Under the pieces are notes generated by a model. That model saw only the letters and a list, made by a program, of their open reading frames with translations. It had not been told where the DNA came from and ran no database searches. The position numbers and the translations under genes were made by a program. DNA of 64,000 bases, taken from the NCBI GenBank assembly GCA_964016885.1, contig OZ024740.1, positions 123,318,001 through 123,382,000 on the forward strand, written 5' to 3'. The stretch is from Eledone cirrhosa. Its lineage: Eukaryota. Positions 25,291 to 36,759 of this stretch are shown piece after piece (position 1 is the stretch's first letter; each line of letters opens with the position of its first letter).

Positions 25291-26469
25291 ATTCTCTATA
25301 CCATTTATGAAACACAAATGAATAATAAAATGGATGACATACTACAAACTACAAGAAACAAACAGAGCTGACATGCCAATATAATCACATTCAGAACACC
25401 ATCCAAAATCTTGCCCAAGAAACAGGATTTCTTCCACAGCCAAACAACAAACAAAATGTTTTTAATCAGTCATTCACAAAAACGACCAATAGATGTTCCA
25501 TTTTATTTATCCTTAACAGAGAAGAATATATGGCAGTCAACATCAAGATAGCTGATTGATTAAAATCCCCAAAATGGATAGATGGAACAGCTGTTGAGTT
25601 TCTTAAGGATGAATATCAATTGAAGCTGCAGTAATACATAGAGTGTATGGACATTCAGTTTGATTTTATTTCATTGATGATGGATCCGCTAGAAGGATTC
25701 TACTCTGAAACATTACACCCCATTAAGAAGCTAGCTATTTCATGGCAGCAATAGCCATCCAGATTCTACAATGGATGTTGTAACATAGGATTTGTCTTTG
25801 AATGAAAGAAGGAAAAAAAAAAGAAAAAATATATATTGAACATAAAATTTGACATATTCACACATACATAAACTTACAAAAAGAAGAGATAACCAAGTCT
25901 GTGAATAATTAAACAGTAACAATATTCCAATGATAGATGATAATTGATATATGTAAAATTAAAGCAAAAGACATTTCAGAAATATAAAAGGTGCTATTTT
26001 AATATAGAAAAAAGGTCATATTAGTTTGAAACAATACATCAATTATTTTAACAACAAATATGTATACATATACACACACATATATGTGTGTATGTGTACA
26101 TGTATATATATATGTGTGTGTGTATACGTGTCAATAGCAGACAGTTTAAATAAAGGAAGATTCAAGGTGGGGTAGGAGATTTAATTAAGAAGGTTTAATT
26201 AAGATAGAGTGAACAGTGAGGTGGTTGCAGTGGGGAAGAATAAGGCTGTGTGAAAGAAGGTGATAATGGATGGTAATGGATATAGCCAAAGGATTTTACC
26301 TGATCAGTGTGAGGCAGGTGATGAATGTAAAGGGGGGCCTATAGGGGGATAGAGAAAAGGTTGGTGGGATTGGCAGGATAAAGAGATGGAGAGAATATAA
26401 ATATGTATACAATTACATACATACATGCACGCATCTACACATACACACTAACGCACATACACAGGTGCT

Positions 26470-26529
<60 letters not shown>

Positions 26530-26539
26530 GACAAACACA

Positions 26540-28480
26540 CCGATCCTTATAAAAGACATGGGTAAAGTCAATAAACAAATACTTGACAATGCAAATACCA
26601 CAACCAAGAGTCCTACTAATCTCAAGCAATGTAATTGCAGCAGTGCCACCATTAAATGGTTCCATGACATAGACAACAAACATTACTGCCAGTTCATGCA
26701 ATTAATTTGACATGGTCAATTTGTACCCAGACATCATGTGTGTCCAGGGAGATCATATAAAACCTACTTTGGACTAACTGAAAATACATTTAAATCCCAC
26801 TTTCTCAACACTTGTATACATCCAATAACAGACGATTGCAGAATTCAACATATTTGTCAAAATATATTTGGCAATTAAAAGATAGCAGGATGACAAATCC
26901 TACCATCAAATAGAATATTGTGACAAAGGTGAAAGCCTACAATGGAAAAGACCCGAGATGCCATTTATGAACCACTGAAAAACTAAACATCCTAGCCTCA
27001 TCAATCAATATCTTTAACTCTTGGAAGGAAACACTGTCATTCTGCTTACACAAAAATAAGTTCGGTTTGTGTTGCTTCAAACATAACTGCTTACTGGACA
27101 GTACATCGGATAACCCACTACCCCATGGATTGCTCACCAGATAACGATGTGTACCATATTGTGTAAATGTTGGATGTCCCCACCCAATGTAAACTCTGTC
27201 AGCAACCATTGCAAACTATTGTGGCTAATTAACTGTGAGTAACTAGCATATAAAACAATCTGTTTCATATATTTCACCAATCTTATGTGTTATATATCAT
27301 ATACCTTACATTATATTCTATAATTCCATTGCCCACACCTTACTTATATTCTTCTAATCCTTACATTTAAGTTTATTTCTTTTTATATTGTCATTATCAT
27401 TTTACAATTTTTAATTTTTTAATTTTAATTCTTTTAATTTTCCAAAATTAAAAAGAAAACATTTATTTAATTTTTTCTCATTTTTAATTTCTTTTCTTCT
27501 ATTTTGTCATTATGTCATTTTGTAAATTTTTGTCACCCTTCCAACTTTTCAACTTTTCAATTTTCCATTTTTTATTTCCTTTTCTTCATTTTTCAATTCT
27601 TATTTTTCCAGTTTTCATTTGATTCCTTACTTCCTTTATTCCTCATACCTTATATCTTATATACGCCTAACACCCACAAACCCCATCATACAACTATCAT
27701 CAGTATATGTAATTCCATAATATCTGTATGTCCATAAGCTTCATCATAGTTATATAGCCAAAGGTTATATACATATATCTTATATATTCCACATATTTAC
27801 TTAACACTCAAACCACCTAGCTACCACTCACTCATTCACCCATTTACCCATCATGGCTTCTATAATTATATATTCCCATAATCTTCACCATATTTAATTC
27901 TTTAACTTTTAAACTACATTACTTTATATTTTTTATTCATTCCAACTACGTCAACACCACCATCTCTGCCTCCACCCCTCATATATATGTATGCGTGAAT
28001 CGGAACTTGTATATTATATGTGTATATCTGCATGGCTTTTATCCATAACTGATACACCCTTATAAATGATTTTTATAATTACCATAATTTTCAGTGTATA
28101 ATGCAGGGGGGAGGAAGATAGTTAAAACCCTTGATTGACTGACTGCTTCTTCTTTATACCTCTGGTGTTCTTGGTCCCGCACTTCAGATTTCATCCATAA
28201 AATCGGAATAATGGCAGCCCTCTTGAGGATTGGGCTCCATGAACTGAGGGGGTGGGCTGTTGCAACAAGTGTCTCTGGTCATCAACTGCTGTAATGCTTT
28301 TGCCATTTTGTCATCATGAGGCAGCTGAGGCACTGCTCACACTGGGGTGTGGTGTATATCCCACACTTCTCCCTTTCTTTCATTTCGTGAATTTTTTCTG
28401 TTTCTTCTTTTCATTTCCTTTTATTTATTTTTGTTTCCATTAATAGTGTCTTTTGTTTTTGTATAGGCATTTTGTGAAAT
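26540..28480 (+). mobile_element. Decayed Penelope-like (Naiad-type) element: GIY-YIG region + long 3' non-coding region
   Basis: 26620-27070 translates with frameshifts to KQCNC..PLNG, YKTYFGLTENTFK and STYLSKYIWQLKD...AYNGKDPRCHL*TTEKL...FCLHKNKF, homologous to the endonuclease at 36760-37185. A decayed hammerhead lies at 28213-28261. The right boundary is approximate. Confidence 0.7.
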
Positions 28481-28559
28481 AAAATAGCCATTGATTCACC
28501 CTAATAAAAATATGTATAAATTTGTTTTTACCCTAAATTTGATGTTGAATCCTAATTGC

Positions 28560-28870
28560 ATCCTACACAACAATATTCCCCCAAACCCTCCCACTGCAAA
28601 GAGGTCGTGGAGGTACCACGGCAAAAAAGCACTCAGCACACATTGTAAAGTGGACATGTAGGCGCCACGGAAAAAAGCACCCAGCACTCACTGTAAATGT
28701 GGTTGGTGTTAGGAAGGGCACCCAGCTGTAGAAATCCAACCAGAATCAGTTCCTGTATGAGCAATACAAGGTCAGTCGACTGGACACTGCCCACAACAGG
28801 ACAACCTGTCTAACCTATGCTAGCGTGGAAGAACGGACGTAAAATGGTGATGATGATGATGATGATGATG
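28560..28870 (+). mobile_element. RTE 3' UTR fragment with (GAT)n tail
   Basis: CCCACTGCAAAG.GGTCGTGGAGG...GGTTGGTGTTAGGAAGGGCA module and tail, shared with 30325-30547. Confidence 0.8.
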
Positions 28871-29254
28871 GCAACAAAGGATCAATTATGATAATAAAAT
28901 ACAAATAGATAGATATGGCTGTATATTACATTTTTCCCCAAAACATGTCTTATATTCATGTCTTATAATTTCCAATAATGGTGCAGTTTATTTTCTGAAA
29001 AGTACAGTATTGTTTAAAAGCATGTGATAAGAACATTACTTTAAATCATTTGTTCTGGTTCTCAGTGCTCTGAGTTCAAATTCTGCAAAAGTCAATTTTG
29101 CCTTTCATTGTTCCAAGGCCAATAAATAAAGCATTATACCTGAGGCCGTGTATCAGCAGAAGTGTTAAAGCATTGAATATACTGCTTTGCAGTTTTGTTC
29201 TTGACTGTTTTTGACCTGAGTTCAAATGTGAAATCTAACGGTAATTTATTACTG

Positions 29255-29610
29255 TTACTATCACCCACTCCAGTGGTTCCCAAATTATATGCCTTGTTGC
29301 ACTGGTGTGCCATGAGATATAATTACGTGCACTGCAAATGGGCAAAATTCTATTTCAAAATGTGAAAAACACAAATCGTAAATCATAATAAAGTTCATAT
29401 ATATATAAAGTTCATATATAATTATCAAAATGGGAAGTAATGGCAACCACCTACTTTACTATCGCTCACAACACTGATTCAAAAATGATATACCTTGTTG
29501 CACGTGTGACTTGAGATGTAATAACATGAACTACAAAAGAGCAACATTTTTCTTCAAAATGTGAAAATTACAAATTAAAATCCATAATAAAATCCATACA
29601 TAATTATCAA
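29255..29610. repeat. Diverged tandem duplication of about 200 bp containing a hAT-like terminus
   Basis: TTACTATC..CAGTGGTTCCCAAA..CCTTGTTGCAC..TCAAAATGTGAAAA..ATAATTATCAA occurs at 29255-29430 and, degraded, at 29457-29610. Confidence 0.55.
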
Positions 29611-29611
29611 T

Positions 29612-30547
29612 GTAGGCTTCACATGTAGCTGTGCTGGGACAGCAAGTACAAACGGCCACAGGAAACAAGCACCACAAAACTCTGGGAGGGCTCTGTGGAA
29701 TCAGTAGACAGTTTATGCTACCTGGGTGACCAAATTAGTAGCAGAGGTGGGTGTTCGGAAAGTACAATAACTAGGGAAAGAACGGGATGGAAGAAGTTCA
29801 GGGAACTACTGCACTGCTAGTTGCAGGAGGCTTTTCCCTTTAGGGTGAGGGGCGGACTGTATGATGCGTGTATACAAACAGCAATGTTACATGGTAGTGA
29901 GACCTGGGAGCTGTCTGTAGAAGATTTGCGCAGATTAGAAAGAAACGAGGCATGCATGCCCAAGGGATGTGTAATAGTACTATACGCAAATAGTAAAGCA
30001 TAAACGAATTGAGAGAGAGACTGAGCATAAGCGGAATCAAAATGTGTGTGTAGGAGAGGAGTTTGCGTTGGTATGGACATGTGATGCGTATGAAGGATGA
30101 CAGCTGCACAAAAAGATGCAGAGCACTAGAAGTCGATGGAAGCCACAGAGTGGGGAGACTCAGGAGACCTGGGATGAGGTGATAAAAGCCGACCTTACCC
30201 AATTGCACCTCTCACACGACCGTGACCTCTGGCGTCACGAAGTAATACAGAAGACCTGACCCCTCCCCCCACGGGTACAAGCAAGCCGATTCTGAAGCAT
30301 ATAGACTATATGCCCCCACCCCCTCCCACTGCAAAGTGGTCGTGGAGGTGCCATGGAAAAAAAGCACCCATCACTCACTGTAAATGAGGTTGGTGTTAGG
30401 AAGGGCATCCAGCTGTATAAATCAAGCCAGACTCAGTTCCTGTATGAGCAAGACATGGTCAGCCGACCGGGCATTGCCCACAACAGGACAACCTGTTTAA
30501 CCCAAGCTAGTATGGAAGAATGGACGTAAAACGGTGATGATGATGAT
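29612..30547 (+). mobile_element. 5'-truncated RTE copy (related subfamily)
   Basis: YLGDQISS..GCSES, LYDACIQTAMLHGSETW, LRWYGHVMRM, 3' UTR module and GATGATGAT tail. Confidence 0.88.
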
Positions 30548-31169
30548 AAAGGTAAACAATCTACAAATTAAAACATTTAAAAAAAACAGCAAATGTATGC
30601 TTCTCATTGATAATTATGCTCCATTTGTTGACTATAGAAGGAAGTTTAAATAATGTCTAATTATCTACTTTATGCTATGCTTGATATGTATAAAACTTTG
30701 AATAAATCTCATATTGAAAAAGAAAAATAGTTGATGACACCCGTACTTTCAAACATTCGATCACTGAAGAGAAGGAAAACCCTCAGAGATACAATAACAT
30801 TTCATTAATTTCCCCTTTCCCACACCAATGTATATATGAACTTAAACACTTGAGCGGATGTGTGTATAGATATATGTATGTATAGATGTGTTTTTTTATA
30901 TGTACCTGTAGGTATACATATATATGTGTACATGTTTATGTGTATGTGTGCATATGTGTATGTGTGTATATATGTGGGAGATATATATATAATATGTATG
31001 TAGGATAAGTATAGTGTATATATATAGGATGTATATGATATATGTGTGCGATATATGTGAGGTATATATATAAGATATATATGGTGAGTATCTAACATGT
31101 ACGTATATTATGTGTAAAAAAAAAAAAATATATATATATATATGGAGTATGTATATGATATATATATAT

Positions 31170-31208
<39 letters not shown>

Positions 31209-31308
31209 TATTGAAATTTCCGTTGAAAATTGAAAAAGTTATAGGAGTGAAGAGTGTTCTATGTAAGTTACAGAGCTAAATTTAATGTATAATAAACAAT
31301 ACAGTATA

Positions 31309-31384
31309 ATTACCTCATTACCAGAGGTTTCCCGAATAAGACGAATACAAGAAACGTCCGCATTCGTTTGTCAGACAAGGCAAT
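31309..31384 (-). ncRNA. Type I hammerhead ribozyme, decayed (core G8 to A)
   Basis: Minus strand reads ATTGCCTTGT|CTGACAA|A CGAAT...ATTCG G|GAAA|CC TCT GG|TA|ATGAGGTAAT. Stem I has 10 bp including G-U pairs, stem III is present and the site is GUA. Confidence 0.6.
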
Positions 31385-31689
31385 TTAAAACAGTGAAATA
31401 TTTGAAAAATCTCCTCAAGAAAGGCAAAAGTTTAACGGGCAAAAAAAATATATAAATAAAAGTAATGCAAGAGATATACAAAAATAAAATAAGGAAATAT
31501 AGTAAGGGTATGTGTATAAATGTGTGTATATGCACCTACACATTTACATATGTGTGTATGTACAAATGCATGTGTATAGTGAAAAAATGTGTGCGTAAGT
31601 ACATACATGAGGGCAAGCATATCAGTGTATGGGTGACCACAAATACCACAGTACATTTCTACATATGTGTGTAACTTACTGGATCCACC

Positions 31690-31880
31690 GTGGTGGATTG
31701 GCAGTATCGGTAGTGAGTCGGACGCCATGCTTTGCAGCAAAGAGTTACGGCCCTTTGTGGTCTGAGTTTAAATCCCGCTGAGGTTAACTTTACCTTTCAT
31801 CATTTTGAGGTCGATAAAATATAGTACCAGTAATACACTGGGATAATTGCTGGCCTTGTGCCAAACGTAGAAACAATTAT
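31690..31880 (+). mobile_element. tRNA-derived SINE family A, full length
   Basis: A box TGGCAGTATCGG, B box-like GAGTTTAAATCCC, 3' end GCTGGCCTTGTGCC...AGAAACAATTAT. Confidence 0.85.
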
Positions 31881-31978
31881 AACTTTAAATCATAAATTTT
31901 GTTAACACTACAAGTGAAGTCATTCTTTTCCTTTTTTCAAATATACCTAACTCTACCAAGGATCTCACACATTTTCCA

Positions 31979-32029
<51 letters not shown>

Positions 32030-34251
32030 CATGTATGTGTGTGTGTATGTGCATAGACATATAAATATTGATATAAAGTAGAAACCTCTAGTTTACATAC
32101 TTCAATGGCAATATGAAAATAATATCATTCTGTCATGAGAGAAGCTTCACTTAGAAGTGTGTATGCTACATTGGGAAAAATGCAAATCACTCTTGATCCA
32201 GTGATCCAGAAGACTTTTGATCAAAAATATTCTGGTTAATAGCTATCATCCTCTTTATTGAGATGTACCATATTTTTTTCTGTGAGATGTCAAAATATAA
32301 TTTAAACGCATTGACTGCTAATTTTAGCAAGTCAAATAAACATATAGATACTCCATTTTGCTTGAGTTCATTAAAGAATATCCCATTTACAGTTCACATC
32401 TATACAGCTTTAGCTAGCCTTCTATTAGGCTGCATCACATAGGAGATTTCTCATTTGTTTTAATGATAGGGGCTTAAGTCATATCATGAGAAGCAATATG
32501 ATCTGAAGCATTTTGCTTAATGCAATACACTGCAGGTCCAGGAATCAAATGTATAACATTCATATCGTGATTTCAGCAATCTAAGCATTAAACTATGCAT
32601 CTTCACATAAGACATTGTTGTGTAGAATGTTTTTGGTTTCGAATATTTTTTCTTGATGTTTTGAATATTTTGAAACATTTTTGTTAGAAGGTGTTGGTTT
32701 CTATTCTTCCTTACTGGAAAAAATATATAAAAATATTTTAATGTACTGTATTATTTCAGTTAGCATATTATAATATACAGATTTTGAAAGAGAAATACAC
32801 AAAAAGTATACTTTCTTGGAAAAATCAATTGGTACATAACAAAGAGTAAAAACAGGTGCAAAACATGACAGGAAAGTGGAGAATGATAGCTTTCTGTCAT
32901 TGGTATCTTTAGAGAAACGTTTCTATGTTTCTACTTTCCCATAATTTCCTGTGAAAGAATGACAATTTAGATACTGAGTAGTTGTGTCGTTTATTATATA
33001 TTAGATATGCAGTCTAGTTCTTATTAACTATGAAGAACTCTGTAACTTGGGGCTGCATGAATCACCAAATACATGATAACTAGTTGTTATAAGATGCAGT
33101 TTCTTACGACATACATTGCTTGCTTCTTATATTTCTGTGTGTGCATGAGCATGCATGTATGTGTGTGCATTCATGTGTGTGTGCTTGTTTGTTTGTTTTG
33201 TGTGTATTATAAGATTGATGATTGCTGTTGCAGCAAAATCTTGGAGAGAATATATATATTATCCGAAACCTGTAGGTAAGCTATAAATATTTTATTCTTC
33301 TCTAACAATAATAAAGCAAGTCACTTGCTAGTCTTCATACAATAACTTCTCTATTTTTCTCTATCTCACTCGCTTTCATTCATTTTATTTCTCTCTCTTT
33401 CTATTTTTTCTTACACACACATGCATATGTACACACAAACATGTACACACAAACATACACATGTGAGCACTCTCACACACACATGAGGGCGTAGACTCAC
33501 ATCTCAAGACTGTCAGGAAAATCAATGTCGCTAGCAACTCTCACAAAGAATTTTGTTGCGATTGTACTTAAAGCAATTGTGGTAAATGTCACCGATCCAC
33601 CTCAAACATTTCAAGATATATAGATACATAAAATAATATACAATATAAATTCTTTGACTAAATATATGAATACATTAATGTTGTTTTCAATTTGTTGTTG
33701 CTTCAACAATGAAATAACATTAATAATACATGAGCGATTCAATAAATAAAAGATAATCTAAATCATTATAATTTGCATATATTTTAACAGACTAGATTTA
33801 ATTACTACTGTTCCATAAAATTCACTAATCGGAGCCATTAAAGCAATTTTATTTCCTTCATAGATTTATGTTTGAGCAGTCAGTATTAATTGGCAAAGAG
33901 ATCGTTTCTCTTCAGGTTTATATCTTATTGCTGACATTATCCACTAACAAAATGACTGAAAAAGTGAAATCAAACTCTGTGTTTGATGAGAAGATGCATT
34001 TCATCAAAATGAGACATCACATTCATGTAAGGTAAGATGGAAGTAAAAATGAGAAAATTAATGCAGTATAACTTGAGAACTATGAAAACACTTCTTTATG
34101 ACCAGTTTCAGAAGTGTCTTAACTTCTCTTTATCGTTCATGCATTCAGTGATTTATGGAATGGAATAGGATTTCATACTTACTAAATTATTGAAAAATAA
34201 CAAAAAAGAAAAACAAAAGAAAATCATTTTACATGTTTTTGTTTAATTGCT

Positions 34252-34253
<2 letters not shown>

Positions 34254-34317
<64 letters not shown>

Positions 34318-34415
34318 CATATATATGTACATATACATACATAAATACATATATATATATATATATATATATATGTATACACATACATAAATATATATAT
34401 ATGTGTGTGTATATG
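34254..34415. repeat. (TA)n and (TACA)n microsatellite
   Basis: Direct reading. Confidence 0.9.
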
Positions 34416-35395
34416 TGTTTAGAAAGAGAGGGGAATGAGGAAAGAAGACATATTAAAGGATAGGCTAAATTTTATTTGGGGAAAAAATCAGTAACGTATA
34501 TTTATCAGTCCTTAAATCTGGAAAATTCACTTCTGTTAACCTCAAATCTTAAACATTAGAATTTTAAGGGTTTCACTAGCATATTTCCAATATATCTTAG
34601 GTTTTCCTTTTGAAGAATAATTTTCAATATCATTTGAAATATGGAGCTAATAATTATATAAATTACTTTTTCTTTTCATTGTTTGCAACAACATATCTAC
34701 ATTCACTTAATTTTTCATAGAGTATAAAATGATGCTGATTATGAAAGCTGAACTATGTTATTCAATTGCAACAAGCAACAGTTGACATAAAATACAGCTG
34801 CTGCTTTTGTAGTTGTTTTATATCTTATCAACATTAAATGAGCCAAGCTTGTTGGATTAATTTTCTCAGCATATCTCCCTTGTTATATACAGAGTAGTTT
34901 CGAATTTCTGTCTGATGGGAGTATGAATTTTGCAATTCAGAGAGACAAAAAGAGTAAATATTTGATGAAGAGTAAAGAGGTTTATGTATTCTATGTTTAT
35001 TTATTTATTTATTATTATCATAGAAATGTATTTTTTTCACATTTGCAATTACATATATAAATTGCAAGAACATTTAAAATGTATCCTTTAACAAATACAT
35101 GCCAGAGGTTTGTACATAAATAACAGTAATAGGACCTCCTCTAGATTGAAGAGAAGTCAGGCATCAAGGATATTATACCCATGACCATCTTGGCTTTTAC
35201 TAAACTAGTATATATATATAGTAATGTGCATTATTGGTTGTGTAAAATGGTCCAATAACTTTATGTTAGCAATATTAAATTCTCCACGCATTTGAATATC
35301 TCCAATTCCATTCAAGGGAACAGCTAGTTGATGTAAAACGGAGTATAAGTATCAAAATGAAATTCCGAAGGCAAGGTAAAATTCCAATCATTTAA

Positions 35396-35441
35396 TCACG
35401 ACACATGTTTCTATAAGAGATAGATCGATGTCATCAGGTGA
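35396..35441 (-). ncRNA. Type I hammerhead ribozyme in the putative Penelope pseudo-LTR
   Basis: Minus strand reads TCAC|CTGATGA|CATCGATCTATCTCTTATA|GAAA|C ATGT G|TC|GTGA. Both cores are intact, the site is GUC, stem III contains palindromic ACATGT and stem I is TCAC/GTGA (extendable via CATTT/AAATG). Stem II is weak. Confidence 0.65.
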
Positions 35442-35752
35442 AAATGAATTGTCTTCAAATTCTTGATATGAGGGAGAAAAATAACGATGTTCTCTCAGAG
35501 AATTCATTCCCTCATATCAAGACACACCAGTCATAGACACGGCGACTGCTATTAACTTCAATTGAGGTCATAAAAGTTTTCAAATTTCTATCGCTGCAAA
35601 ATACGCTGGATATCAATCAAATCTGTAGGGATACAGTCAGTCACAGTTAATGTGAGTGGGTACACACACATTCCACACCTACATACACCGGTTCGAGGTC
35701 AAATCTCAATTTGACGATGTCAATTGGAAATATTGGGTTAACCAATGCCCCA

Positions 35753-35775
35753 TACACACACACACACTCACACGC

Positions 35776-35818
<43 letters not shown>
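35753..35818. repeat. (CA)n microsatellite
   Basis: Direct reading. Confidence 0.95.
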
Positions 35819-35819
<1 letters not shown>

Positions 35820-36759
35820 GCAAGTAAGTTCAGTTCAGTGTTCTGCTATAGGTGTATAGATTGAATTGTAACATCCATATCTTCAAGTGTATGTTATGGT
35901 ATATACACATCCGAATCGTCCAAACAAATGGTATGTCCGAGTATATACACATCCATGTAAAGAGCAAGCAATCAGCTCATATCGAACTCAGTATGTACCG
36001 CTGTCCCATTGAGAATCCGAGACACCAAATCCTTACGTGCAAGCAACCGCAATGAAGGCCAGCAAAGGGCTCCGTGTAGGGTTGGGTATTGGGTAAATGC
36101 GTCCGTAAGTGCGATTTCCAGTCATATGGGCCTATGAGCTTTTAAGATAGTTGTTTGAGTGGTGAGGGTGTGTTATCCAACACAGAAGGTGAAGTTAAAA
36201 AAACTCCACAGGATAGTAAAATGCAAAGGATGCTTGTAGGCCCATTAATGGTGTGTCAGTATTATTGTTCAATCCGTAACAGTGAGTCCTCTTTGGTTAT
36301 ATGATCACGGATCAAAACCTAGTGTAGTGTTCAGTCGGTAGGAACGTGACAGTCGTAATTGTGGGAGCTCAATGTCTAAAGGGAACGGGTAGTGTGTGTA
36401 GAGTTATGTATAGAGAGCGAAATCGGTCCTAACTAAGTGTGTAATACGACTAGCTATATCCCAACCGAGAGAACTCAATGGTTAGGGTATCTTAAAGTAA
36501 AGGTAGGTGCCCGTAATCGGTCATGTCTGAGTGTGCAATCAATTACTAACTAGGTATACTAAGTGTGCAATCCATCTAACTATTTACTAGCTAGGTATTC
36601 TAAAAAAGTGCACTCAGCTGTGAGAGGTCCGTGGAAACAGTCCGAGTATCGTTTGTAAGTGCGCAAACAATCTTAGCCGTCTAACTACCTGAGTGTGTGA
36701 CTGTCTGTTTATTAAGAGACCTCTATGGCTAAAGTAGAGAGGGAGGAGTTAGTGGAAAG

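Noticed and set aside
25674-25715. TTGATGA...GAAAC hammerhead-like string
   Set aside because: The core is mutated, there are extra bases before GAAA, and there is no stem I or III.
30766-30800. CTGAAGA + hairpin as a hammerhead
   Set aside because: The GAAA core and cleavage triplet are missing; at best a remnant.
31690-31790. tRNA gene
   Set aside because: A and B boxes are present but there is no cloverleaf; it is a SINE head found in several copies.
35461-35522. ATGA-containing stem-loop as a SECIS element
   Set aside because: ATGA pairs with TCAT by Watson-Crick rules, so there is no GA/GA quartet, and it is 1.2 kb from the stop codon.
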